Assembly: GCA_964492745.1 (NCBI GenBank) | Contig: CAZBLT010000008.1 | Coordinates: 8,239-72,238 of the forward strand | Source of the DNA: an uncultured Anaerolineaceae bacterium | GTDB taxonomy: Bacteria; Chloroflexota; Anaerolineae; Anaerolineales; E44-bin32 | DNA length: 64,000 nucleotides | Reading direction: 5' to 3' | Shown here: in pieces, positions 18,214-27,345 of the stretch | How positions within the stretch are numbered: the stretch's first letter is position 1 | Layout of the letters: each line of letters opens with the position of its first letter | The notes under the pieces: model-generated | What the model saw: only the letters and a program-made list of their open reading frames with translations | The model's database searches: none | Told to the model about the DNA's origin: nothing | Program-made: the position numbers and the translations under genes

Positions 18214-18233
18214 CCTTGGGCGGGCGCTATACT
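18204..18233 (+). promoter_or_regulatory. near-consensus sigma70-like promoter for the MBL-fold hydrolase gene
   Basis: TTGACA (18204-18209, inside repeat copy B), 18-nt spacer, TATACT (18228-18233). GGGAGGT (18261-18267) precedes ATG 18275. Confidence 0.55.
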
Positions 18234-18274
18234 TCGCGCAGGTTTTCGTCTCTTGTTGCAGGGAGGTCGTTGCG

Positions 18275-18958
18275 ATGGCATTTCGATTCACCTGGTACGG
18301 ACATGCGGCCCTTGGCCTGGAAATCGCCGGCGTCCACGTGCTTGTCGATCCCTTCCTGACCGACAACCCCTCGGCCAGCTTGCGCCCCGAGGAGGCCCAG
18401 GCGGATTTCATCCTGATCTCGCACGGCCACAGCGATCATGTGGGCGATGCGCAGCAAATCGCCAAGCGCACCGGTGCCAAGATCATCAGCAATTTCGAGA
18501 TCGCCTCCTGGTTCCAGGCTCAGGGCGTCGAGGCCCATGCACAGCATATCGGCGGCGGCTTCCACCACCCCTTCGGCTACCTCAAGCTCACTCAGGCCCT
18601 GCATGGCTCGGCCCTGCCGGATGGCTCCTATGGCGGCAACCCCGCCGGCTTTCTGCTCACCGTGCCCGACGGCGAGAAGATCTATATGGCCTGCGATACC
18701 GGCCTCTTCGGGGATATGTGCCTGATCGGCGAGGAGGGGATCGACCTGGCCGTGCTCCCCATCGGCGACAATTTCACCATGGGCCCGGAGGACGCTCTGC
18801 GAGCCGTAAAGCTCATCCAACCCAAGCATGTCATCCCGGTGCATTACAGCACCTGGGAGTTGATCGAGCAGGATCCCGAGGCGTGGGCGGCGCGCGTGCG
18901 GGCCGAGACTTCCGCCGAACCCCACGTCATTCGACCGGGCGAAAGCTTCAGCCTGTAG
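18275..18958 (+). CDS. UPF0173-type metal-dependent hydrolase (MBL fold)
   Basis: MAFRFTWYGHAALGLEIAGVHVLVDPFL..ILISHGHSDHVGD. Track ORF 18035-18958 trimmed to the SD-preceded ATG. Confidence 0.8.
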   Translation: MAFRFTWYGHAALGLEIAGVHVLVDPFLTDNPSASLRPEEAQADFILISHGHSDHVGDAQQIAKRTGAKIISNFEIASWFQAQGVEAHAQHIGGGFHHPFGYLKLTQALHGSALPDGSYGGNPAGFLLTVPDGEKIYMACDTGLFGDMCLIGEEGIDLAVLPIGDNFTMGPEDALRAVKLIQPKHVIPVHYSTWELIEQDPEAWAARVRAETSAEPHVIRPGESFSL

Positions 18959-18979
18959 TGCACCGGCTTTCACAGCCGG

Positions 18980-20509
18980 ATGTCCTATAGTCTGACCGCT
19001 AGGCGATTGATGCAGACAGCCCAAGACACGCCGGCCCCACTGCGCTGGTGGGACCACCTGGCGCTGAATATCTACGCCCTGGGCCTCAGCATCTCGGCCG
19101 GGGCCATCACGCCGGTTTTGCTCCCCTATCTGATCGCGCTCTTCGTCGCCCAAGAGCAGAAGAACTCTTATCTGGCCACCGTGCGGGTTGCAGGGCTGGC
19201 CGTGGCGATGCTCGTTCAACCACTGGCCGGGATGTTCAGCGACCGCAGCACCCACCCCTGGGGCCGGCGCAGGCCCTTCATTGCCGCCGGCACGCTTCTG
19301 GACCTGGTCTTCTTGCTGGTCATCGGGGCCTCGCCCCTGTTAGTGGGCTCGCCGCTCGATGACACCCTGCAAGCCCGGCTCGGATTCTCGAGCGCGTATG
19401 GCCTCCTGCTGCTGGGCATCATCCTGCTACAGGCCTCCTCCAACCTGGCACAAGGCGCTTTTCAGGGCTTGATGCCAGATCTCGTGCCTCCCCATCAACG
19501 GGGGTTCTCCTCGGGGGTGAAATCCGTCATGGAGTTGCTTCCCGCCGTGCTGGTGATCTTCATTGGCCCGCTTGTGGACGCCGGCCGGGTCTGGCTCACC
19601 GTGGGCATCATCGGCGGCTCCCTGACGCTGACGACGCTGATCACGCTGGCCGGCGTTCGGGAGCGGCCACTGACGGCTCCGCCGCGCGACGATGCCCGCA
19701 AGCAAGCACTCCGCCTGCTCGGGCTGACCTTCATCTTCGTGAGCGTCACCCAGGCCGGTGTCCGGCTGGTCCGCTTGAGCGGCCTGTCGCTCACGGCCCG
19801 GGCCTTCGATCTCGAACTCCAGGTGGGAATCATGGGACTGGCCGGCTTAGCCGCGATGGCAGGCGCCATCTTCGCCGGCGTATACCTGGGCGCCTGGGTG
19901 GGAATCGGCGAGCGCGCCCGCGAACAGCGGCCCTTCATCTGGTGGGTGATCAACCGGCTGCTCTTCCTGGCAGCCGTGGGATCCATCCAAGGTTTCGCCC
20001 AGTTCTACTTGGCGGATGTCCTGAAGGTTACAAACCCCGCCACCGCCACGACCATCCTTCTGGCAGTGGTGGCGCTCTTCCTTCTCCCCTCGGCGCTGGG
20101 CGGCGGCCGCCTAGCCGACCGCTATGGGCGCCGCCGGCTCGTCGGGGCTGCCGGGCTGGGAGCCTTTGCCGGCACGCTCCTGCTGCTCTCGGCGAGATCT
20201 TTCCCGTTGGTGGTCGTCAGTGGGTGCATCATCGGCCTCGCCACGGGGGTTTTCATGGCGACAAGCTGGGCCCTGGGAACCGAGCTCGCCCCGCCACGGG
20301 AAGCGGGACGATACCTCGGCATCTCCAACCTCGCCGGTGCCGGGGCAGGCATCGTGGGTGCCGGCATCGGTGGCCCAATGGCCGATTTCTTCAACCGTCT
20401 CAACCCAGGCCTTGGCTACCTAGTCATCTTCGCCATCTACGCTGCGCTTTTCCTACTCTCGGCCACCACGCTACGTTTCATCCCCGAAACCTGGCAGACC
20501 CCAACCTAG
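18980..20509 (+). CDS. MFS transporter
   Basis: About 12 predicted hydrophobic helices. Loop motif SDRSTHPWGRRRPF resembles MFS/GPH-type transporters. Confidence 0.75.
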   Translation: MSYSLTARRLMQTAQDTPAPLRWWDHLALNIYALGLSISAGAITPVLLPYLIALFVAQEQKNSYLATVRVAGLAVAMLVQPLAGMFSDRSTHPWGRRRPFIAAGTLLDLVFLLVIGASPLLVGSPLDDTLQARLGFSSAYGLLLLGIILLQASSNLAQGAFQGLMPDLVPPHQRGFSSGVKSVMELLPAVLVIFIGPLVDAGRVWLTVGIIGGSLTLTTLITLAGVRERPLTAPPRDDARKQALRLLGLTFIFVSVTQAGVRLVRLSGLSLTARAFDLELQVGIMGLAGLAAMAGAIFAGVYLGAWVGIGERAREQRPFIWWVINRLLFLAAVGSIQGFAQFYLADVLKVTNPATATTILLAVVALFLLPSALGGGRLADRYGRRRLVGAAGLGAFAGTLLLLSARSFPLVVVSGCIIGLATGVFMATSWALGTELAPPREAGRYLGISNLAGAGAGIVGAGIGGPMADFFNRLNPGLGYLVIFAIYAALFLLSATTLRFIPETWQTPT

Positions 20510-20601
20510 GCGGCGGCCCCACCCGCCAAGGAGGGTTTGGGAACCATCAAAGCCGTTGTACAATCAACATAGCGGCAGGCAAAGCGGCAAGGAGCAGTCC
20601 C

Positions 20602-20859
20602 ATGGCTGAAGGCGTGCGCATTGGAGAGGTGATTCACTTCTATAACAGGATCCAGGTCGCCGTACTCAGGCTCTCGGAGCCCATCAAGCTGGGGGATAAG
20701 CTGCACTTCCTCGGGGCACACACGGATTTCCTTCAGGAAATCCGCTCGATGCAGATCGAGCATCAGCCCATCGAGGAGGCGGAGGCCGGCAGCGAGGTGG
20801 CCGTCAAAGTGGACCAGCGCGTCCGCCGCGGCGATTCGGTCTTCCTCCTGTCTGAGTAG
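20602..20859 (+). CDS. small EF-Tu-domain-2-like beta-barrel protein (translation elongation factor-like)
   Basis: 85 aa, MAEGVRIGEVIHFYNRIQVAVLRLSEPIKLGDKLHF..GSEVAVKVDQRVRRGDSVFL. AAGGAG lies before ATG 20602. The upstream part of track ORF 19942-20859 overlaps the MFS gene and was discarded. Confidence 0.55.
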   Translation: MAEGVRIGEVIHFYNRIQVAVLRLSEPIKLGDKLHFLGAHTDFLQEIRSMQIEHQPIEEAEAGSEVAVKVDQRVRRGDSVFLLSE

Positions 20860-20903
20860 GCGGCCGCCGGCCAGCCGATCCCCGAACCAAGACGCCGGCG
20901 CCC

Positions 20904-22151
20904 TCAGCCCAGCGGCAGCGCCAGCGTAAACGTGGCGCCAGCGCCCGGGCCTTCGCTCTCGACCCACACCCGCCCTCCATGTGCCTCGGCGATGGCCTTG
21001 ACGATCGCCAGGCCCAGGCCCATGCCGCCATGCCGGCGGGTGAGGTGGTCCTCCACCTGATAGAAGAGATCGAACACTGTGTCGAGTTGGTCTGGTGGGA
21101 TGCCGATGCCGTTATCTCCCACCCGTAGCCAGGCCTCACGGCCATGCGGCTCAAGAACCAGCCATAGCTTGCCGCCCTCCGGCGTGAACCGCACGGCATT
21201 GTTGAGCAGGTTCGTCAACGCTACTTCCAGCTTGGGGCGGTCGGCCATCGCCCGAATGGGTTCCTCGGGGAGTCGCAGCTCCAGCTTCTGCCCCTTGGCT
21301 TTCGCCAATCCCGCGACCTGATCATAGGCCGCTTGTGCGATTGGCTGCAGCGGTTGGAGCGCTATCGCCACCTCGGCCGAACCCGCCTCCAGCATGTTCA
21401 TGGAGGTCATGTCCTCCACCAACTCTCGCATCCGCTCTGCAGAGTTGAGGACCGCCTCGGCATACTCACCTACGCGCTCATCCGACATGTCCTTTAGCAG
21501 GGCCGCGTTGCCCAGAATGAGGCCCAGCGGCGTGCGAAGTTCATGCGAGGCTATGGCGATGAAATCGCTCTTGAGTTTCTCGAGCTTGCCAAGCTCCTCA
21601 TAGGCCCGGTTCAAGGCCTCCAGTTGGCGGGCGTTGTAGATCGCCACGGCGGCCAGCGAGGCGATATTGGTCAGAGTCTGCAGATCGGCCTCATCGAAGA
21701 CGCCCACTCGCTTGTTGGCCGCTTCCAGCACGCCGGTGACCCTGTCACGAATGCGCAGCGGAACCCCGATCAGCGAGCGCACTTCGAACCGCAGGCTTTC
21801 CTCGATCTCCTGAAAGGCGCGCATGCCCGGCTCCAGGCCATTCAGGATCAGAGGCCGGTCCTCACGCAGGATGGTCCCGGCGATGCTGCCTTCTTTGAGA
21901 ACGGGCACGCGGTCAAGTTCATCCGGCTCAATGTCCGTGGCCGCGGCAATCATCAGGTCCTGGCTGTGCTCGTCCACAAGCAACAGCGAAGCCGATTCGC
22001 TATCCAACAGGTCCGCGGCTGAATGCACGATGAACTGGAGTAGGCGGTCCAGGTCGAGGGTCGAGTTGAGGGTAACGCTGATCTCCACCAGCCGTGAGAG
22101 CCGCACTACCATCTGCCGCAGAAGCTGGATTTCTTGCCTGTCCGCACCCAT
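20904..22151 (-). CDS. GAF-domain sensor histidine kinase (cytoplasmic, no adjacent response regulator)
   Basis: GAF region followed by an H-box (IAIASHELRTPLGLI) and an HATPase_c domain (NLLNNAVRFTPEGG, GDNGIGIP, GGMGLGLAIV). Confidence 0.85.
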   Translation of the reverse strand: MGADRQEIQLLRQMVVRLSRLVEISVTLNSTLDLDRLLQFIVHSAADLLDSESASLLLVDEHSQDLMIAAATDIEPDELDRVPVLKEGSIAGTILREDRPLILNGLEPGMRAFQEIEESLRFEVRSLIGVPLRIRDRVTGVLEAANKRVGVFDEADLQTLTNIASLAAVAIYNARQLEALNRAYEELGKLEKLKSDFIAIASHELRTPLGLILGNAALLKDMSDERVGEYAEAVLNSAERMRELVEDMTSMNMLEAGSAEVAIALQPLQPIAQAAYDQVAGLAKAKGQKLELRLPEEPIRAMADRPKLEVALTNLLNNAVRFTPEGGKLWLVLEPHGREAWLRVGDNGIGIPPDQLDTVFDLFYQVEDHLTRRHGGMGLGLAIVKAIAEAHGGRVWVESEGPGAGATFTLALPLG

Positions 22152-22195
22152 CGCAAATCAAGTGTATGCCATGCCGGGGGGAATGTCCACAATCA

Positions 22196-22224
22196 TTGTC
22201 CGGCGCCTCCGTCCGTTGTATACT
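22196..22224 (+). promoter_or_regulatory. sigma70-like promoter upstream of dnaN
   Basis: TTGTCC (22196-22201), 17-nt spacer, TATACT (22219-22224). Confidence 0.4.
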
Positions 22225-22269
22225 TCAGAACCTGGATGCCACGATACCCAACCGAAGGAAAGCTCCCTC

Positions 22270-23403
22270 ATGAAGGTCTCCTGCCTGCAAGAGAATTTGT
22301 CCCGCGGTTTGAGCACCGTTGCGCGAGCGGTCGCCCCGCGCAGCACGCTTCCCGTGCTCAGCAATATCCTGCTCTCCACCGACAGCGGCCGGCTGCGCCT
22401 TTCTGCCACCAACCTGGAGTTGGGAATCAGCTGCTGGATCGGTGCCAAGATCGAAGAAGAAGGCTCCACGACGGTGCCGGCCCGCACATTCGTGGACCTG
22501 GTCAACACCCTGCCCAACGACACCGTCAGCATGGCCCTGACCATCCGCAACCAGACCCTGAATGTCCGCTGTGGCGCCTTTAATAATGACATCAAATGCA
22601 TTGACGCTCAGGAATTTCCGCCTCTACCGCCTGCGGAGCTGGAGGATGGCCTGACGCTTCCGGTGGACGAACTCAAATCGATGATCCACCAGGTGAGCTT
22701 CGCCGCCTCGACCGATGATGCCAGGCCGGTGCTCACCGGCGTGCTCTTCGAAATCGAGGGCGACCAGATGACCCTCGCAGCCGCCGATGGCTTCCGCCTT
22801 TCCGTGCGGACGGCTCAACTGGCCTCCCCGCAGGCTATGCCGATTCGCGCCATCATCCCCGCCCGTGCGCTCACCGAGCTCGCCCGTGTGCTCGACGGCG
22901 AGGAGGACATGGTGCATATGCTTCTCCCACCTAACCGCGGCCAGGTCATCTTCCGGGCCAAAGACGTGGAAGTGGTCTCCCAGCTCATCGACGGCACTTT
23001 CCCGGACTACCGCGGCATCATCCCCACCAACTATGCCACTCGCAGCATCCTTCCGACCAGCGCCTTCCTCAAGGCCTGCAAAGCGGCCGATATCTTCGCC
23101 CGCGAAGCCGCCCATTCGGCCCGGCTGCGTATCACACCTGGCGGAGAGCTGGAGCCCGGAACGGTCGAGGTCTCGGCAACGGCTGCCGAAACCGGTTCGA
23201 ATGAGACCATCGTCGATGCCACCGTGGAAGGCGAGCCGATCGAAATCGCTTTCAACGTGCGCTTCCTGGTGGATGTTCTCAGCGTCATTGATACCCCCAA
23301 CGTGGCCTTGGAGACGACCTCCCCCTCCTCCCCCGGGGTTGTGCGCCCGGTGGGCCGGGAGGACTTCCTTCACGTGATCATGCCCATGCACCTCGGGCGT
23401 TGA
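22270..23403 (+). CDS. dnaN: DNA polymerase III beta sliding clamp
   Basis: MKVSCLQENLSRGLSTVARAVAPRSTLPVLSNILL, three-domain length (377 aa), C-terminal VIMPMHL. Track ORF trimmed to ATG 22270. Confidence 0.9.
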   Translation: MKVSCLQENLSRGLSTVARAVAPRSTLPVLSNILLSTDSGRLRLSATNLELGISCWIGAKIEEEGSTTVPARTFVDLVNTLPNDTVSMALTIRNQTLNVRCGAFNNDIKCIDAQEFPPLPPAELEDGLTLPVDELKSMIHQVSFAASTDDARPVLTGVLFEIEGDQMTLAAADGFRLSVRTAQLASPQAMPIRAIIPARALTELARVLDGEEDMVHMLLPPNRGQVIFRAKDVEVVSQLIDGTFPDYRGIIPTNYATRSILPTSAFLKACKAADIFAREAAHSARLRITPGGELEPGTVEVSATAAETGSNETIVDATVEGEPIEIAFNVRFLVDVLSVIDTPNVALETTSPSSPGVVRPVGREDFLHVIMPMHLGR

Positions 23404-23481
23404 TCTGCTTCTCGCAAGACCCCCTGAGGCTGACGCCAGGAAGGCCTTGGACCAACCGCCGCCCAGTTTCCTTTCCCTGAT

Positions 23482-25794
23482 ATGTCGATCGATCCCTCCG
23501 CGTTTCCAAAGGTTCTGACGCTTTATCTGGCCCTCAGCCAGTATCCCATCCTGGCGCCGGAGATCCGGGCTCGTATGCGGCAGGAGATCTTCGAGCGCGG
23601 CGTCATCTCACCCGAGGCCTTCGAAGCCGAAGTGCGGGAGAAGGCGATCCATTCCCGGCGCCTGGAGGGGCTCGGCGGCCCCGAGAGCGAGGAGCCACCC
23701 GGCGTCTGGCGGCAACGCACGGGGATCGTACGCGATAATCTCACCGACTTCTACTTCGCCTACAACCTGCCCTATGAGCGCTTCGAGCAGATCTTGAAGG
23801 AGGTGCTCTCCCGCCGCGGGCACCCGGAGGAGGTCTTTCCCAGCATCCACCCCGAACTGGCGCCCTGGGATATGCTCTTCGCCCATGGTGAGGCCTACGA
23901 GGCCCTGCCACCCGCCAAACGGAAGCCCGCCGAACACCACCTGAAGGAAATCAAGGTCGTCTTGATCAAGGCCATGATCAGCGACCATCTACCCTATCTT
24001 GGCATAGCCAAGGAGTGGTTCGATATCGCCGATCTGAAAGCCATCCGAGACCGCCGTATCGGCCGGGGAAAGATCGGCGGCAAGGCGGCCGGGCTTATGC
24101 TCGCCGAATGCATCCTGCGCAAATCTGCCGATCCCGACCTGTTCGCCAAGCTACGTTTCCCCCAATCCTGGTTCCTGGGCGCTGACGTCTTCTACCAATT
24201 TTTGCAATTGAACCGGCTGCTCCATTACGCCAACCAAAAGTACAAGCCTGAGAACGAGATCCGGGCCGAATTTCCCTCCATTCTGGGGGACTTCTCTCGC
24301 GGCGCCTTCCCAGATGAAATCATGGAATCGTTGCGCCACCTTCTGGAGAGTGCGGGCGATTCGCCCCTGATCGTGCGCTCCTCCAGCCTGCTGGAGGATT
24401 CCTATGGAACTTCCTTCGCCGGCAAGTACGACAGTTTCTTTTGCCCGAATCAAGGGTCGCCCGAGCAGAACCTCGCCGATCTGGCGCAGGCCATCAAGCG
24501 CATCTACGCCAGCGTCTACCACCCTGACGTCATCCTGTACCGGCGCAAGGTGGGCTTGATCGACTACGACGAACGTATGGCCATCCTCATCCAGGATATA
24601 CAGGGCCGGCGTGTGGGTTCATACTTCCTGCCCGATGCCGCCGGGGTGGCGTTCTCCCACAACCCCTTCCGCTGGAGCCCTCGCATCGATCGACAAGAGG
24701 GCTTTCTGAGGATGGTCTATGGCCTAGGCACGCGCGCCGTGGAACGCTCCGGGCAGGACTACACCCGGCTCGTCGCCTTGAGCCATCCGGGATTGCGTCC
24801 CGAGGCCACGGGCTCCGAGATCCATCGTTATTCGCAGCGCTCGGTGGACCTAATCGATCTGGAAACTAACACCTTCAAGACCCTGCCGGCAAGCGCCGTG
24901 CTCGGGCCAGGAACCCCCGGGTTGCGGGCAATCGTCCAGAGATTCGAGCAGAACGAGGTGCAGGAGCTTGTGAGCGTGCCGCCGAATCTGTCGGGGGAGA
25001 ACCTGGTCATCACCTTCGACGGGCTGCTTCGGCGCACAAGCTTCCCAGAAAACATGCAACGGTTGCTGCAGACGCTCGAAGAGGCCTATGCCGGGCCAGT
25101 CGACACCGAATTTGTGGCCTTGCTCCATGAAGAAAAGGCTGGGTCGACGCAGGTCACCATTCACCTATTGCAATGCCGACCCCAGAGCCAATTGCATCTC
25201 AAGCTGGCCACATTGCCGGAGAACATTCCCGCCGAGCGGCGCATCTTCTACACACGCTGGATGGTTCCGGAGGGGACCGTCTCCGGTATACGCTACGTCA
25301 TCTATATCTCACCCGAAGCCTACAAAGCCTTGGATACGCTCTCGGAGCGCAGTCAACTGGCACAGCTGGTGGGCAGGCTCAACCGGCGGCTCGAAGGACA
25401 AACCTTTATCCTTGTGGGGCCGGGCCGCTGGGGGTCGCGCAACCCGGAGGCTGGCTTGCCCGTGGGCTACGGCGACATCCACAATGCCAGCGCCCTCATC
25501 GAACTGGTTGATGTCGGCGAAGGTCTGGCTCCCTCGCATGGCACCCACTTCTTCCAGGACCTCGTCGAGTCCCAGATTTACCCCCTGGCCCTGGACCTCT
25601 CCGACCCGGCCACGGAGTTCAAGCGCGAGTTCTTCGAAAAGGGCGGGAATGTCCTGGCCGATCTTCTGCCACAGGAAGCGGCTTGGGACACGGTTGTGCG
25701 CGTGATGGATATTCACTCAGCCACGGAGGGCCGCCTGATGGATCTGGTCATGGACGGCGAAGCCGGGGAGGCGCTCGCCTATCTGACCGCCTGA
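23482..25794 (+). CDS. PEP/pyruvate-binding (PPDK_N-like) domain protein
   Basis: GGKAAGLMLA and IVRSSSLLEDSYGTSFAGKYDS resemble the nucleotide-binding domain of PEP synthase / pyruvate phosphate dikinase. No phosphohistidine swivel domain was recognised. Confidence 0.7.
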   Translation: MSIDPSAFPKVLTLYLALSQYPILAPEIRARMRQEIFERGVISPEAFEAEVREKAIHSRRLEGLGGPESEEPPGVWRQRTGIVRDNLTDFYFAYNLPYERFEQILKEVLSRRGHPEEVFPSIHPELAPWDMLFAHGEAYEALPPAKRKPAEHHLKEIKVVLIKAMISDHLPYLGIAKEWFDIADLKAIRDRRIGRGKIGGKAAGLMLAECILRKSADPDLFAKLRFPQSWFLGADVFYQFLQLNRLLHYANQKYKPENEIRAEFPSILGDFSRGAFPDEIMESLRHLLESAGDSPLIVRSSSLLEDSYGTSFAGKYDSFFCPNQGSPEQNLADLAQAIKRIYASVYHPDVILYRRKVGLIDYDERMAILIQDIQGRRVGSYFLPDAAGVAFSHNPFRWSPRIDRQEGFLRMVYGLGTRAVERSGQDYTRLVALSHPGLRPEATGSEIHRYSQRSVDLIDLETNTFKTLPASAVLGPGTPGLRAIVQRFEQNEVQELVSVPPNLSGENLVITFDGLLRRTSFPENMQRLLQTLEEAYAGPVDTEFVALLHEEKAGSTQVTIHLLQCRPQSQLHLKLATLPENIPAERRIFYTRWMVPEGTVSGIRYVIYISPEAYKALDTLSERSQLAQLVGRLNRRLEGQTFILVGPGRWGSRNPEAGLPVGYGDIHNASALIELVDVGEGLAPSHGTHFFQDLVESQIYPLALDLSDPATEFKREFFEKGGNVLADLLPQEAAWDTVVRVMDIHSATEGRLMDLVMDGEAGEALAYLTA

Positions 25795-25806
25795 TCGGCT
25801 GGCGCG

Positions 25807-26490
25807 CTATAGACTCCACCAGCCTCGCGAGCCGGATTCCTCCGACCAGGCGTGATTGCCAATGAGCGGGACAAATGCGACCGGAGCCATCTTTTCGCGC
25901 GTCATGCCTTCTTCGGTGCGCCGCCAGCGCTCCAAGATCTGACCCATACGTCCCCCCACCGGGATCACCAGCCGCCCCCCGATGTCTAGCTGCTCCTCGA
26001 GAGGTGAGGGCACGCGCGGAGCCGCAGCCGTCACGATGATCGCCTGGTAAGGCGCATGTTCTGGATAGCCGGCTGAGCCATCGGTCTGGATGACCTCCAC
26101 GTTGTCGTAGCCCAATTGCTCGAGCGTCTTGCGGGCCCGCTCCGCCAGTGCGCCAATTCGTTCGAGCGTGTAGACCTTCTTGGCCAGGCGCGAGAGGATC
26201 GCGGCCTGATAGCCCGAGCCGGTCCCGATCTCCAGAACCACCTCCTGGCCCTGTAGCTCCAGAAGCTCGGTCATCAGTGCCACGATATAGGGTTGCGAGA
26301 TCGTCTGCCGCTCACCGATGGGAAGGGGCGCATCGACGTAGGCCACATGGCGCTGCTCGGGCGGTACAAAGAGATGGCGGGGCACGGCCCGCATGACCTC
26401 CAAAACGCGCGGATCGCGTATGCCGCGCCCGGCGAGCTGCAAATCGACCATGCGCTCGCGCTTTTCGCGATATTCTTCTTCTTGGCCCAT
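25807..26490 (-). CDS. pcm: protein-L-isoaspartate O-methyltransferase
   Basis: TISQPYIVALMTELL and VLEIGTGSGYQAAIL. Confidence 0.9.
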   Translation of the reverse strand: MGQEEEYREKRERMVDLQLAGRGIRDPRVLEVMRAVPRHLFVPPEQRHVAYVDAPLPIGERQTISQPYIVALMTELLELQGQEVVLEIGTGSGYQAAILSRLAKKVYTLERIGALAERARKTLEQLGYDNVEVIQTDGSAGYPEHAPYQAIIVTAAAPRVPSPLEEQLDIGGRLVIPVGGRMGQILERWRRTEEGMTREKMAPVAFVPLIGNHAWSEESGSRGWWSL

Positions 26491-26578
26491 CGTACCTGCA
26501 TTATACGTCCACCCCCGCCCATTTTACGCAACCAGGGCTGCCCTTTTGCGACAGCCCCAGTTTGAAGGCCTCCCGTTC

Positions 26579-27223
26579 TTATCCTCGAGCAACGCGCTGC
26601 TCTCGCCAGATATCCCCCTCATTATGGTAACCGGCCTTCTCCCAGAAGCCCGGCTTATCTTCCTTCAAGAACTCTAAGCCCCGCAACCACTTGCCGCCTT
26701 TCCAGAGATAGATGTCTTTGAGGTCCTTACGCCCCGGTATGGCCCCCACCACACCTCGCAGCGGAAAGCCATGCTCCGGCGTAAGGGGATCCCCATTGAA
26801 ATGGGTAGCCAGCAAGAAGTTGTCCGCAAGCGCCACGGATATGGGTGTGTTCGTGGTGTAGCCGTATTCGCAGTGCTGAACCACAAATGCTGCCTCGGGC
26901 CTCGGCCGCACGATTCCTGCCTCTACAAGTTGCTTCAGCGAGACTCCCTCCCAGGTGGTATCAAACTTGCTCCACCTGGTGACACAATGGATGTCCATCA
27001 CCACCTGGGTCCTGGGCAGACGCTGGAATTCATCCCACGTCCACCGCAGTTCCTCCTCAACCTCTCCCCAGATGCGGAAATCCCACGTCTCAGGGTCGAA
27101 TGGCGGGATGGGCCCGTAGTGTAAAACCGGAAACTTCAGCGTCAGCGATTGCCCTGGTGGCAAACGCCCTTCCTTTTGCATCCGGCGCTCGTAGGCTCGG
27201 CGTCCACCGCTCTCGTTGGCCAT
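26579..27223 (-). CDS. sulfite-oxidase-like molybdopterin-binding oxidoreductase domain protein
   Basis: LPPGQSLTLKFPVLHYGPIP, DIHCVTRWS, GFPLRGVV. Track ORF trimmed to ATG 27223, which has GGAGAGG upstream. Confidence 0.7.
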   Translation of the reverse strand: MANESGGRRAYERRMQKEGRLPPGQSLTLKFPVLHYGPIPPFDPETWDFRIWGEVEEELRWTWDEFQRLPRTQVVMDIHCVTRWSKFDTTWEGVSLKQLVEAGIVRPRPEAAFVVQHCEYGYTTNTPISVALADNFLLATHFNGDPLTPEHGFPLRGVVGAIPGRKDLKDIYLWKGGKWLRGLEFLKEDKPGFWEKAGYHNEGDIWREQRVARG

Positions 27224-27345
27224 CTCATCCTCTCCAACGCTGCGGGGCATTATACCCGCTGCATGGATGGCTAAGATCGGGAACCGCGGGCGTGTCCCGG
27301 ACGTCTGAAGGTCAAAGGCTCGAAGGTCCGCAAGGAGGATCGACC

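Noticed and set aside
19942-20601. N-terminal 220 aa of the 305-aa track ORF 19942-20859.
   Set aside because: It overlaps the MFS transporter out of frame and has a low-complexity Arg/Pro/Gly composition. Only the SD-preceded last 85 codons look genuine.
22152-22269. Possible oriC next to dnaN.
   Set aside because: Only one DnaA-box-like 9-mer (ATGTCCACA, about 22184-22192). There is no box cluster, no AT-rich unwinding element and no dnaA gene adjacent.
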